From: Candidatus Sumerlaeia bacterium
GTDB taxonomy: Bacteria; Sumerlaeota; Sumerlaeia; SLMS01; JAHLLQ01
Assembly (NCBI GenBank): GCA_028284075.1
Contig: JANQSL010000050.1
Location: forward strand, 5,384 to 69,383
Direction: 5' to 3'
DNA: 64,000 nucleotides
Positions 9,695-18,399 of this stretch are shown here, piece after piece. The notes under the pieces were generated by a model that saw nothing but the letters and a program-made list of their open reading frames with translations, was not told the DNA's origin and did no database searches. Position 1 is the stretch's first letter. Each line of letters starts with the position of its first letter. A program made the translations under genes and the position numbers.

Positions 9695-10807
9695 TTGATG
9701 CTGGAGCAGGCACTTGAACTGATACGAGCCGGAAAGTATGGTCCCGCTCTTGAAAAACTGGCGGGTCTGATTGACGGCGGCTCTGTTGATGCGGACGAAG
9801 CGCTTGGCCATCGGGCATTTCTGTTTCTGAGCGTCGGGCGCTACGAAGACGCACTCGCTGACTATGACAAACTCATCCAAAAGAGGCCGGACGATCTTGA
9901 GGTCGCCGCCCTTCGGGGAAAGGTTCTGCTTCGACTGAAAAGGCGAGAGGAAGGGGTGGAACAACTGTGCGATGTCATCCGCAGGAACCCGGCTTTGAGA
10001 ACGCCCCTAGAATTCCTGACCGAACACCAGGAGGAAAGCGGCAATACGGCAGAACCTGCGCCATTCCTTCTTCTTCCGAGTGACAATCGAACGGCTGCCG
10101 CGAATGCGGTCATTGAGAAGCTGGAGAATGACGAATCCAGTTACCCCAGCTCGGTTTTTCCGGAGGTGGGGCGGTTTCTCTACGACCTTGTCCGATTGTT
10201 GCGCCCGCGGGTCGCCCTTGAAACAGGATCATGCAAGGGATACTCAACCCTGGTGACAGCACAGGCGATGGCGGACAACGGTGCCGGTCATTTGCATGCA
10301 TTTGACTTGTTCCTGGATTTCCCCGGATATGTTTCTCCGGTTCTTGGCCCTTGCGAGGATGCGATGCATATCGTAAGGGGACATGTGGAGCGGGCGGGTC
10401 TGGCAAACCGGGTGACGCTTCACAAAGGCGATTCATCGAAACGGATTCGACAAGACCTCGCGGATTGCTGTGGCCATGTGGATTTCGCGTTTATTGACGG
10501 AGATCATACGCTGAGAGGCTGCCTGAAGGATTGGATGGCGGTGGACAGGTTGCTGGCTCCGGGCGCGGTGGTGCTGCTGCACGACACGGAACCGGATCTT
10601 TGCGGGTGGCTCGGACCCCGGTACTTGCTGGAAAAACTGGGAGAAGGGGCGGAACAGGGTTACCACTGGATCAATATGCCGTCGCCGGAGGGGTTTGGAC
10701 TGGCACTGATTCAGAAGAAGAAGAGAGGGGGCTGGGAGGCGGTGCGGCCATCTCTGAGGGACCTTGCGGCAGAGCAATTCCACCTGCGAAAATACGGGTG
10801 GAAGTAG
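9695..10807 (+). CDS. TPR-repeat N-terminal domain fused to class I SAM-dependent (O-)methyltransferase
   Basis: N-terminal TPR-like helices (GRYEDALADYDKLIQKRPDD). C-terminal LETGSCKGYST...FAFIDGDHT...VVLLHDT pattern of Methyltransf_24/CmcI-like enzymes. Confidence 0.65.
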   Translation: MMLEQALELIRAGKYGPALEKLAGLIDGGSVDADEALGHRAFLFLSVGRYEDALADYDKLIQKRPDDLEVAALRGKVLLRLKRREEGVEQLCDVIRRNPALRTPLEFLTEHQEESGNTAEPAPFLLLPSDNRTAAANAVIEKLENDESSYPSSVFPEVGRFLYDLVRLLRPRVALETGSCKGYSTLVTAQAMADNGAGHLHAFDLFLDFPGYVSPVLGPCEDAMHIVRGHVERAGLANRVTLHKGDSSKRIRQDLADCCGHVDFAFIDGDHTLRGCLKDWMAVDRLLAPGAVVLLHDTEPDLCGWLGPRYLLEKLGEGAEQGYHWINMPSPEGFGLALIQKKKRGGWEAVRPSLRDLAAEQFHLRKYGWK

Positions 10808-10885
10808 CTACGGCGGTGCAGGCCAAAAACGAAGTGTGTTTTTCGCTTGAACGCAGGGCCTGCGAAGACTACCTGACTCCTCGTA

Positions 10886-10916
10886 GTCGCCTTCAAGAGA
10901 GGCGGCTTGTTTTTTG
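10886..10916 (+). terminator. Candidate rho-independent terminator after the TPR-methyltransferase gene
   Basis: 7-bp stem GTCGCCT/AGGCGGC followed by TTGTTTTTTG. Confidence 0.4.
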
Positions 10917-10989
10917 TGGTCCGTTACTTGCTAACGAGGCGCCTCCCCTCGCCCCGGCCAGCCAAATCCCAACACAGGTAACCATTCTT

Positions 10990-11748
10990 ATGATGAAGTT
11001 CAAAAAGGGCGAAACAGTCGTCGAGCCTACAATCGGCATCTGCACCGTCTTCGGCATGAAGCTGATGACAGTCGACGGCAAGGAAATGACGATGTATATC
11101 TTCGACGCACAAAACGCGAAGGTCTATGTTCCGGCGGACATGATCGAGCGGCGTGGTGTGCGACGTCCCATGACACGGGATGAAGTGAAGCGGATTCTGG
11201 CAAACCTGAAGCAGCCGGCGGCTCCGAATCGTAATGATGCACGCCTGCAGTATATGAACTACAAGGAAATCATGAAGTCGGGCGACCCGGGACAGATCGC
11301 ACGACTCCTGAGAGACCTTTACATTCTCGATCAGAACGACGATCTGAAAGGGAAAGAAAAGGAAATCATGGAGCAGGCGAAGAAGTTCCTCTGCGATGAG
11401 ATCGCCTTTGTCCGCGAAACCAGCAAGGCGCAGGTGATGGAAACCATCAACGATGCGCTTCGCCAGATGTTCAAAAAGAAGCAGGCCAAGGACAAGGAGA
11501 AGGCCAAAAAGTCCGGTGTTGGCCTGTCCATGGGTATTTTGGGTTACGAGGACGACGAGGAGGAAAACAAGGATACGGATTCCGGAGAGGATTCAAAGAA
11601 GAAATCCACGGAATACGAAGATGACGATCTGATTGATGAAGACGAAGAAGACGATGAAGATGATCTCGTCGATGAGGACGATGAGGAGGAAAAGGAAGAG
11701 AAGGATGAGGGGTTCGTTGATGAGGATGATGAAGACGACGAGAAGTGA
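10990..11748 (+). CDS. CarD/CdnL-family RNAP-binding transcription factor with Lys-rich patch and long poly-acidic C-terminal tail
   Basis: MMKFKKGETVVEPTIGICTVFG...YVPADMIERRGVRRPMTRDEV...YKEIMKSGDP...LLRDLY matches the CarD_CdnL_TRCF fold pattern. Tail is almost pure D/E. The track ORF start at 10531 looks like a spurious 5' extension. Confidence 0.8.
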   Translation: MMKFKKGETVVEPTIGICTVFGMKLMTVDGKEMTMYIFDAQNAKVYVPADMIERRGVRRPMTRDEVKRILANLKQPAAPNRNDARLQYMNYKEIMKSGDPGQIARLLRDLYILDQNDDLKGKEKEIMEQAKKFLCDEIAFVRETSKAQVMETINDALRQMFKKKQAKDKEKAKKSGVGLSMGILGYEDDEEENKDTDSGEDSKKKSTEYEDDDLIDEDEEDDEDDLVDEDDEEEKEEKDEGFVDEDDEDDEK

Positions 11749-11780
11749 GCGCAGTCAAAGTTTGAGAAAGTATTCAGGAA

Positions 11781-11812
11781 AGCTCCGGCTCAGGCCGGGG
11801 CTTTCTTTGTTT
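11781..11812 (+). terminator. Rho-independent terminator of the carD-like gene, lying inside the 3' end of the convergent wzt-like CDS
   Basis: 9-bp stem AGCTCCGGC/GCCGGGGCT with a TCAG loop, followed by TTCTTTGTTT. Confidence 0.55.
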
Positions 11813-13067
11813 CGAGAAAACGGCCGGGCGGCTCGATGGTCAGTTGAGGGTTATCCAGACTCCGATCGCCACTGACAAGAAACGTGTGACGCTCGATCTG
11901 GCCATCGTAAATGTTCCGTGGATTTGACGGGTCGCACAGAACGAAACTGATGCGAAAACGCCCGGGAATATAAGGCATGCGCCTGACTGTCGCCTTGACC
12001 GTGTAGCGCCCGTCCATATCTCGGAGGTCGAGACCGGAGAGCTGGGTGCTGAAGTAGCCCGCGGCAAGTTCGGCATAACCCGTCATGCCTATCTGAACAT
12101 CGAGATGCTTAATGGTTCCCTGGGTTGCGAACCCGATTTCAAAGTATGCCGGTTCTCCCTGGCGGTAACAGTCGGTTTCGTGTCCGGCTCCGTCGAGCAT
12201 GCGTATCGACTCAATTCGGGCGCCGCCACCGGTGATTCGCGCACCACCGGGAGTTGACGTGTAGATGTAGCGGGAGCGGCTGTCTTCGGCAACCTCATCG
12301 AATTCAAGCGGCTCCGGGTCATGACCAACAAGGGCCGTGGCAATGCGAATCATGATCCTGTCGGCCGTATCATGGGCAAGCACCACACCCTTGTCGAGCC
12401 AGAGGATCTCGTCGGAAACCATGTGAACCTGGTCAAGATGATGACTGACAAACAAAATGGTTCGACCTTCGTCGCGAAGCTGGCCCAGTTTGCGCAGGCA
12501 CTTGAGCTGGAACGCGCCGTCGCCCACGGAGAGGACTTCGTCAATCAGCAGAATCTCGGCATCGGAAAAGCAGGCGAGGGCAAATCCCAGGCGAATTCGC
12601 ATGCCACTGGAATAGCGTTTGAGAGGTGTGTGAATGAAGTCGCCGAGTTCACTGAAAGCAATCATCTCATCGAGACGTTCAAGTATCTGTTGACGGCTGT
12701 AGCCGAGAATGCCGCCCTGAAGAAAAACGTTCTCCATACCCGTCAGATCGGGATGAAAGCCCGCGCCGAGTTCAAGCAATGCGGCAATATGTCCGCGCAC
12801 TCGAACCGTTCCGGTGTCAGGACGGGTCAGACCCGAGATGAGCTTGAGCAGGGTGGATTTTCCCGAACCATTGGCGCCGACAAGGGCAAGTGACCGACCT
12901 CGCTCAAGGCGGAAGCTGACATTGTCGAGAGCTTTGAAAGACGTACGCGTTGCCCGCTGTGCGAGACTCTTGAGCAACGCTTCCTTCAGCGTCGACGATT
13001 GAATGGAGCTGATGGTGTAGGACTTGGAGAGTCCGTCAACTTCGATGGCATAGTCGTTGGCGGTCAT
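11790..13067 (-). CDS. Polysaccharide/O-antigen or teichoic-acid type ABC exporter ATP-binding protein (Wzt/TagH-like) with C-terminal extra domain
   Basis: Walker A GANGSGKST, signature YSSGM, Walker B LLIDEVL, and LELGAGFHPDLTG typical of the Wzt/TagH/KpsT group. About 170 aa of extra C-terminal domain. Its ATG overlaps the rsmA stop (ATGA). Confidence 0.8.
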   Translation of the reverse strand: MTANDYAIEVDGLSKSYTISSIQSSTLKEALLKSLAQRATRTSFKALDNVSFRLERGRSLALVGANGSGKSTLLKLISGLTRPDTGTVRVRGHIAALLELGAGFHPDLTGMENVFLQGGILGYSRQQILERLDEMIAFSELGDFIHTPLKRYSSGMRIRLGFALACFSDAEILLIDEVLSVGDGAFQLKCLRKLGQLRDEGRTILFVSHHLDQVHMVSDEILWLDKGVVLAHDTADRIMIRIATALVGHDPEPLEFDEVAEDSRSRYIYTSTPGGARITGGGARIESIRMLDGAGHETDCYRQGEPAYFEIGFATQGTIKHLDVQIGMTGYAELAAGYFSTQLSGLDLRDMDGRYTVKATVRRMPYIPGRFRISFVLCDPSNPRNIYDGQIERHTFLVSGDRSLDNPQLTIEPPGRFLETKKAPA

Positions 13068-13960
13068 GCCATCACCTCGGCAACCGCATCTGCCAGCCGC
13101 AGGAACTCCGGTATGGCAAGATTCTCCGGCCTGTCGGTGAAATCAATACCCGCCTTGCCGAGAGCGGCTTGAGCAATGTCACGGGAAGGAACGATTCCTC
13201 CAAGAACAAGGCCGTTGGAAATGGTCCGGCGACGGTGCTGGAAGACACCGCTGATGATGTTGTAAACACGCTGTTTGTGCTCACGGGATTTCACGAGCCG
13301 CTCAGGAAGCGGTCTGAGAACAACGACGGCGGAATCGACTCGCGGCGGCGGAATGAATTCGCGCGGGCCCAGCCTGCAGGCAATATCCGCCTCGTACTCG
13401 AGAGCGATTTTGTAGGTGAGTGCGCTGGCACGCCGTGTCGCGGGCCCGGCGGCGATGCGCTCGGCAACTTCGCGCTGCACCATGATGACGATTCGTTCCC
13501 ATGCGTGATCGCACTCGATGAGTTTGAACAGAATCGGCGCCGTGATTTGATAGGGCAGATTGCCGCAAGCAACTTTGGGCCGGCTCACATCGGGGAAGAA
13601 CGTGTTCAGATCACTCTTCAGGAAATCCTGACGATGGATGAAGAGATTCGAAAAGCATGTCATTAGCTCACGATGCCATTCCTTAAAAGCGTCGTCCATT
13701 TCGATGGAATGAACGTCGCCGGCGCGCTTCGCAAGCTCGACCGTGAGATTTCCCAGACCGGTTCCGACTTCAACAACCGCATGGTGCTTCGTCAGTTTGC
13801 AAAGCTCCGCGATTCGCTCGCACCAGACGGGATTTTGCAGGAAGTGCTGGCTCTTGTGGCGCGACAGACGAACGCCCATGCGATCCAGAAGATCACGAAC
13901 GGGGGGGAAGTCAAAGTTCCCGGTAATGTCAGGCACCGGTAACGCTCCTCTGGTGCACAA
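13064..13960 (-). CDS. rsmA: 16S rRNA (adenine1518/1519-N6)-dimethyltransferase RsmA/KsgA
   Basis: SQHFLQNP, VVEVGTGLGNLT, GNLPYQI motifs. The conserved pdxA-ksgA gene order is present. The start (TTG at 13960) is uncertain. Confidence 0.85.
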   Translation of the reverse strand: MCTRGALPVPDITGNFDFPPVRDLLDRMGVRLSRHKSQHFLQNPVWCERIAELCKLTKHHAVVEVGTGLGNLTVELAKRAGDVHSIEMDDAFKEWHRELMTCFSNLFIHRQDFLKSDLNTFFPDVSRPKVACGNLPYQITAPILFKLIECDHAWERIVIMVQREVAERIAAGPATRRASALTYKIALEYEADIACRLGPREFIPPPRVDSAVVVLRPLPERLVKSREHKQRVYNIISGVFQHRRRTISNGLVLGGIVPSRDIAQAALGKAGIDFTDRPENLAIPEFLRLADAVAEVMA

Positions 13961-14930
13961 GGCGCGAAGCGAGGCGTGCGGCGGAGATCATACTGCCGGG
14001 TCGCGCCGTTCCGGACCCTGCGATGGAAAAGGCCGTTCCATGGTCGGGAGACGTCCGAACGATGGGAAGTCCAAGGGTTACATTCACCGAGGAATCGAAA
14101 GCCAGGGTCTTTAGTGCGATCAGGCCCTGGTCATGGTAGAGAGCGAGAACGGCATCGAGCCGACCTTCAAGCGCCTCATGAAAAATCGTGTCGGGTGGAA
14201 AGGGCCCGTGCAAATCGAGACCTTCATCACGAGCACGGGCAATGGCGGGCTCAATAACAAGCGCTTCTTCATTACCGAAGAGGCCGCCTTCGCTGGCATG
14301 AGGATTCAAGCCCGGCACACCAATACGTGGAGCTTCAATGCCCAGACTGTTTGAGAAGTCCCGTAAATGCCGGGCCTTGCGAAGAATAAGGTCGGGAGTA
14401 AGGAGATTGAAAACGTTGCGCAAAGGAACGTGTATTGTCGCCAGTGCCATCACCAGCCCCCCTCCCACAAAAGCCATCGTGGTTTCTTCGACACCGCAGA
14501 GATCACGAAGCATCTCGGTGTGCCCCGGCCACGATGCGCCTGCAAGGTGCAGACCTTCCTTGGAAAGGGGAGCTGTGACAACGGCATCAATGCCACCCGC
14601 CCTCGCCGACTGCACGGCTCCCCTGATCGCTCCGATGGCAATGCGTCCGCAGCGCGCGTCGGTCGCACCGGGGGTAACATAATCCTGATCTGCGGGTTCA
14701 GCCGTCTCCACGATCTCCGCGGAGCCAAGCGCATCGGCGATTCCGGGGCGAAGATCGGCGCGTTTGTCGGCCAGGCGCGCGCCAATGAATTGCCATACAA
14801 GCTCAGGTCCGAAGAGAACGTAATCCGCGCTGCAGTGGCATTCAATCATGGCCATCAGGGCCACCTCGGGTCCAATACCGGCGGGGTCGCCGATGGTAAT
14901 GCCAAGGCGGGGTTTGCGTTTCGGAACCAA
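13929..14930 (-). CDS. pdxA: 4-hydroxythreonine-4-phosphate dehydrogenase PdxA
   Basis: ITIGDPAGIGPEV, GHTEML, PGLNPHAGEGG-like and RTSPDHGTAF motifs. TTG start. Confidence 0.9.
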   Translation of the reverse strand: MVPKRKPRLGITIGDPAGIGPEVALMAMIECHCSADYVLFGPELVWQFIGARLADKRADLRPGIADALGSAEIVETAEPADQDYVTPGATDARCGRIAIGAIRGAVQSARAGGIDAVVTAPLSKEGLHLAGASWPGHTEMLRDLCGVEETTMAFVGGGLVMALATIHVPLRNVFNLLTPDLILRKARHLRDFSNSLGIEAPRIGVPGLNPHASEGGLFGNEEALVIEPAIARARDEGLDLHGPFPPDTIFHEALEGRLDAVLALYHDQGLIALKTLAFDSSVNVTLGLPIVRTSPDHGTAFSIAGSGTARPGSMISAARLASRLVHQRSVTGA

Positions 14931-15021
14931 TGCTGCTTTCCCTTCGAGCGAACGCCAATCACGGGCGTGTGCCGCGAGCGAACGTTAAGGGGCACCGCTG
15001 ACCGTGCTCAAGGATTGATCG

Positions 15022-15333
15022 ATGGAGAATACGCGTGAACTGGAAGAACTGGTGATTCGAATCGAACGGCTGATGGAGGAGATGATCGAGCAGCAGCGGT
15101 CAAAGGTGGTCATGATCGCAAACCGCATCCAGCCGGGTTTGAGCGATGATGATCTGCGGGATCCTCACAGCTTCCCACAGGTAAGCAGCCGGCCTGAGTT
15201 CGCCTACGAGGACGGACTGCTGGCGGGACTCATCGCAGCACAGGTAGCGGTCATGAGGGACGGCGTAAGCTTCGTTCGAAAGCGGATGGAGGGTGAAAAC
15301 AATGGAGCTGCCGATGGGGACACAAAAGCATGA
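15022..15333 (+). CDS. Hypothetical small protein (103 aa)
   Basis: ORF only. Helical, acidic N-terminus. No recognisable motif. Confidence 0.35.
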   Translation: MENTRELEELVIRIERLMEEMIEQQRSKVVMIANRIQPGLSDDDLRDPHSFPQVSSRPEFAYEDGLLAGLIAAQVAVMRDGVSFVRKRMEGENNGAADGDTKA

Positions 15334-15419
15334 GAGTAAGCACGGTTATTTAATGGGTTTTGTCTCTGTGCCTTCTTGTCTGGGTTCTTTTTCGGAAGAA
15401 AACGGAGTGAGAAACCAAA

Positions 15420-16499
15420 CTACCAGTCGTCGCGCGGCATGGCTTCTGCAATGCGTGTCGGATCGAGGCCTCGGAGACAGGCCATGTGAGCATCGTCGGT
15501 AAGCGGGCAGCGGGTTTTCCAGCAGGGAACACAGTCCAGGTCGCCGCGCTGAACGAGAGCGGCGCTTTCAACAGGCCAGGGGCGGTTGCGAGCGCCGTCG
15601 CTGGCACCGAAAACAGCGACTGTTTTCAGACCGAGCATTCCGGCAAGATGGGTCGGGCCCGTGTCGCCGCCAATGTAGGCCTCACAGACGGAGATCAGCA
15701 CCGCGAGCTCGCGAACGCTGGTGGGCGGGGCCACCAAATGCGGAACGCCTCGGGCCTTGAGATGCTCAGCAATCTGATCGCGGAGAGGCTCTTCCCTCGG
15801 CCCCCAGAAAATCAGAGGCAGCCAGTTGCGGTCATAGTGCAAACGGGCTGCCGCGTCGGCGAGATGTTTGGAGGGGTATTGCTTGCTGATCCAGCCGGCG
15901 CCCGGGTTGATGGCGAGAAGACGGTCGCTGCCGTTCCAGCCGGCCTCGACCAGACATGCACGGATGCGGTCTCTCTCGGATGAGGCAAAACCAAGAGTTC
16001 CGACGGCCTTCATGTCGGGTTCAATTCCAAGGCCGCGCAGAAGCGCGAGGTTGCGCTCAACGACATGAATGGCGGTATTGGGCGGAACAACTTTGACAGT
16101 GGTAAAGAGTTTGTTGATTTCGCGGCCGTCGCTGTCGCCATAACCAACGCGAACAGGAGCGCCGCTCCACCATGCGGCAAGACCGGATTTTGTCAGCCCC
16201 TGCAAATCAATGGCGGCATCCCACCCATCCTGTTTGATTTGTGCATAAAACGGGCGAATCTCGCTGAGGTACTTGCGGAGAAACCTGCCGCGCCATCTCT
16301 TCTTGGGAACGACATAGAGTTTGTCGATTTGTGGATGTTCGTCGAGGAGCGGAGCGCTGAGTTCCTCGACAATCCACCCGATGCGCAGATCGGGTCTGGC
16401 ACGGCGCAGGGCATCGAGCACGGGCAATGCGTGAATCACATCGCCAATGGCGGAAAGGCGAACGATCAGAACGGACTCTATATCGTCGATCAAAGCCAT
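15420..16499 (-). CDS. Glycosyltransferase family 9 (LPS heptosyltransferase-like)
   Basis: ILIVRLSAIGDVIHALPVL...GDTGPTHLA pattern typical of RfaC/RfaF GT9 enzymes. ATG 16499 is preferred over TTG 16505. Confidence 0.8.
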   Translation of the reverse strand: MALIDDIESVLIVRLSAIGDVIHALPVLDALRRARPDLRIGWIVEELSAPLLDEHPQIDKLYVVPKKRWRGRFLRKYLSEIRPFYAQIKQDGWDAAIDLQGLTKSGLAAWWSGAPVRVGYGDSDGREINKLFTTVKVVPPNTAIHVVERNLALLRGLGIEPDMKAVGTLGFASSERDRIRACLVEAGWNGSDRLLAINPGAGWISKQYPSKHLADAAARLHYDRNWLPLIFWGPREEPLRDQIAEHLKARGVPHLVAPPTSVRELAVLISVCEAYIGGDTGPTHLAGMLGLKTVAVFGASDGARNRPWPVESAALVQRGDLDCVPCWKTRCPLTDDAHMACLRGLDPTRIAEAMPRDDW

Positions 16500-16501
16500 A
16501 A

Positions 16502-17395
16502 TCAACCGCGCTGAAGCTGCAAAGCGGAAAGCAGAGAATAAAGATCGAATGTGACGGCGTCGGATTCTTCGATGGTTTTATTGTGAGCAAGGCCCATATG
16601 AGGAACAGGCGATCCGGCGGGCCGGTATGCAAGATCAATGGAACGGCGAACAATCTGGCAGGACTCTCCGAGAAAGGCGGAGGCACGGGAAAAGTCGTCG
16701 ATGACGGGAGCGTCGGAGGCGGCCGCGGCAAGGAAATCGATCATTTGGCGCATGCGCGCACGGTTGTCAGTTTGTTCAAGAGGCATGTTAGCAAACTTCA
16801 GCGTGTTTTCAAGAAGCCGGACGGGCTCGCTTCCCTCGCGGGAATGAATGTCGATCACCCCTTCAACGGCGGATTGAAGTATATCGCTGGTGCCAGGCTG
16901 GAGAAAACTGACAACGTTGGCGCCGGCTGTGTGTTGAGTGGTGCGGCGTTGCACACGGCCAATAACAAGACACTGTACGTCGGCTTTTGGAAACCGGCGA
17001 GTGGATTCGTTCTCGTGGACAAAACACAATTCGTCTCGGAAATCGTGAACACTCACTGCGGACCAGGGCTCAAAAGCTGCAACACGCTCTTCCGACACGG
17101 CGAAGGCGGAAAGACCAAGATCGGTGAGCCAGGCAACCCACTCCTCGGCCTTTGTACGATGTTCCTCACGGCGGAGAACTCGCGGACAGGGCGCAAGAAG
17201 ACGCTGACGAGCCATGTAGGGGTCGAATCCAAGACCCTGTGCAAAGGTCTGAATGATATCTGCCGACGGTAGCTCCCACTGGATGCCAAGAATGACGAAG
17301 TAACCCCACTCGCGATCACGTCCGGCGGTGATTTCCGTGAGATGGGCGTACTGTTCGGGCTTGAGAGCGGAACGCCAGTGGCGGTCGTCGGACAT
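16502..17395 (-). CDS. Hypothetical protein (297 aa)
   Basis: Long ORF immediately upstream of the GT9 gene; its stop is 3 nt from the GT9 ATG. No motif recognised. Confidence 0.55.
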   Translation of the reverse strand: MSDDRHWRSALKPEQYAHLTEITAGRDREWGYFVILGIQWELPSADIIQTFAQGLGFDPYMARQRLLAPCPRVLRREEHRTKAEEWVAWLTDLGLSAFAVSEERVAAFEPWSAVSVHDFRDELCFVHENESTRRFPKADVQCLVIGRVQRRTTQHTAGANVVSFLQPGTSDILQSAVEGVIDIHSREGSEPVRLLENTLKFANMPLEQTDNRARMRQMIDFLAAAASDAPVIDDFSRASAFLGESCQIVRRSIDLAYRPAGSPVPHMGLAHNKTIEESDAVTFDLYSLLSALQLQRG

Positions 17396-17468
17396 GATAA
17401 CAGCTCGGTACGGGACGTCGGAGTAACGATCCAGTGGGATCGCATGATCGTCAATGGAAGGGAGGCCG

Positions 17469-18377
17469 TCAGGTCTTGTTCTGCTCGTCGAGGAATTTGA
17501 CGCGTTCGAAGATCTTTGTGCTCATGCGGATAAAGCCGCGGATGACAGGACGCTCCTGGCATCTCGCCTCAACGGGAATATCCAGCCGGACAGCGTGGTA
17601 GGTGTGCTCCGCCGGAGCGAACGCCATAAAGTGGTTCGGCAGGGCGGGGGCCATGGCCGCCACGTCGAAGAGATTCCAGGGCAGCCAGTCGGGATTGCGA
17701 AGTCCCATGCGAAAGCCCGCCTCGCTCTGTTTGATACGCTGAAACAGGGCACTTCGACGGCAACGGAGGATTCTGGCGATATTGTCGATGAACCTGCCCG
17801 CCGCGACATCCAGTTTTTTACGCTGAACTGTTTTCCTGCCATTCTTCGGTTTGCAGAAAGCGGTACCGTATTCGCGCAACTCTTCGGTCCTGGCGGCATA
17901 GAGAAGCCATGTCACGATTTTATCGGGAGAGTCAGGGTGGGGTGGAATTTCGTACCCGGGAAGGTCGACGTGCAGATGCCCGCGGGAATGATAGTCGGAG
18001 GCTCCGTTTTCGAAACAGTGGCGTTTCCTCCCGGGAATGGGGATGGTTCCATCTGGAAGTGGTTCCGAAAATTTCATGAGAAGTGTGCGGCAAAATTCCT
18101 CGGATTCGAGAGTGGCTACAATTCCCTCTATGGTCGGATGTTCAGTCCGGTCCGGCAGAACAAGACCGTATCCACGATAGTTCGCAGCTTTTTTCCCGAA
18201 ATCAGAGCCGGGATAGGAGGCGCGTTTGAACTGATCGTGAGAAGGGAATGCTCCGATAAGTTCATCATAAAGGTCGTCCGGCAGGAACCGGTCGATGATG
18301 ACATGAGCGAAGGGTTCGACCGCAATCGGGGCTGCGCGAACCCGTTCGATACAGTGATTCAGCAGATCTTCACCCAT
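17469..18377 (-). CDS. Putative 2OG-Fe(II) oxygenase-like protein
   Basis: N-terminal FAHVIIDRFLPDDLYDELIGAFP resembles the start of P4H-like 2OG oxygenases. Possible HxD (HPDSPD or LHVD) and a distal His (YHAV). ATG 18377 was chosen because TTG 18425 would overlap nhaC. Confidence 0.45.
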   Translation of the reverse strand: MGEDLLNHCIERVRAAPIAVEPFAHVIIDRFLPDDLYDELIGAFPSHDQFKRASYPGSDFGKKAANYRGYGLVLPDRTEHPTIEGIVATLESEEFCRTLLMKFSEPLPDGTIPIPGRKRHCFENGASDYHSRGHLHVDLPGYEIPPHPDSPDKIVTWLLYAARTEELREYGTAFCKPKNGRKTVQRKKLDVAAGRFIDNIARILRCRRSALFQRIKQSEAGFRMGLRNPDWLPWNLFDVAAMAPALPNHFMAFAPAEHTYHAVRLDIPVEARCQERPVIRGFIRMSTKIFERVKFLDEQNKT

Positions 18378-18399
18378 GATTCCCTCATCAAGACTGCCG

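Noticed and set aside
10531-10989. 5' extensions of track ORFs: the carD-like ORF from 10531, ctaE from 31398, nhaC from 20172, the VanY-like ORF from 30249, ctaA from 34167 and actD from 40287.
   Set aside because: The extensions are Arg/Pro-rich and overlap upstream genes or terminators. Conserved N-termini, signal peptides or RBS-like sequences begin at internal start codons.
11535-11745. GAT/GAA/GAC-rich low-complexity DNA, considered as a tandem repeat or assembly artefact.
   Set aside because: It stays in frame with the carD-like CDS and ends at a stop followed by a good terminator. It is treated as a genuine acidic tail, flagged separately.
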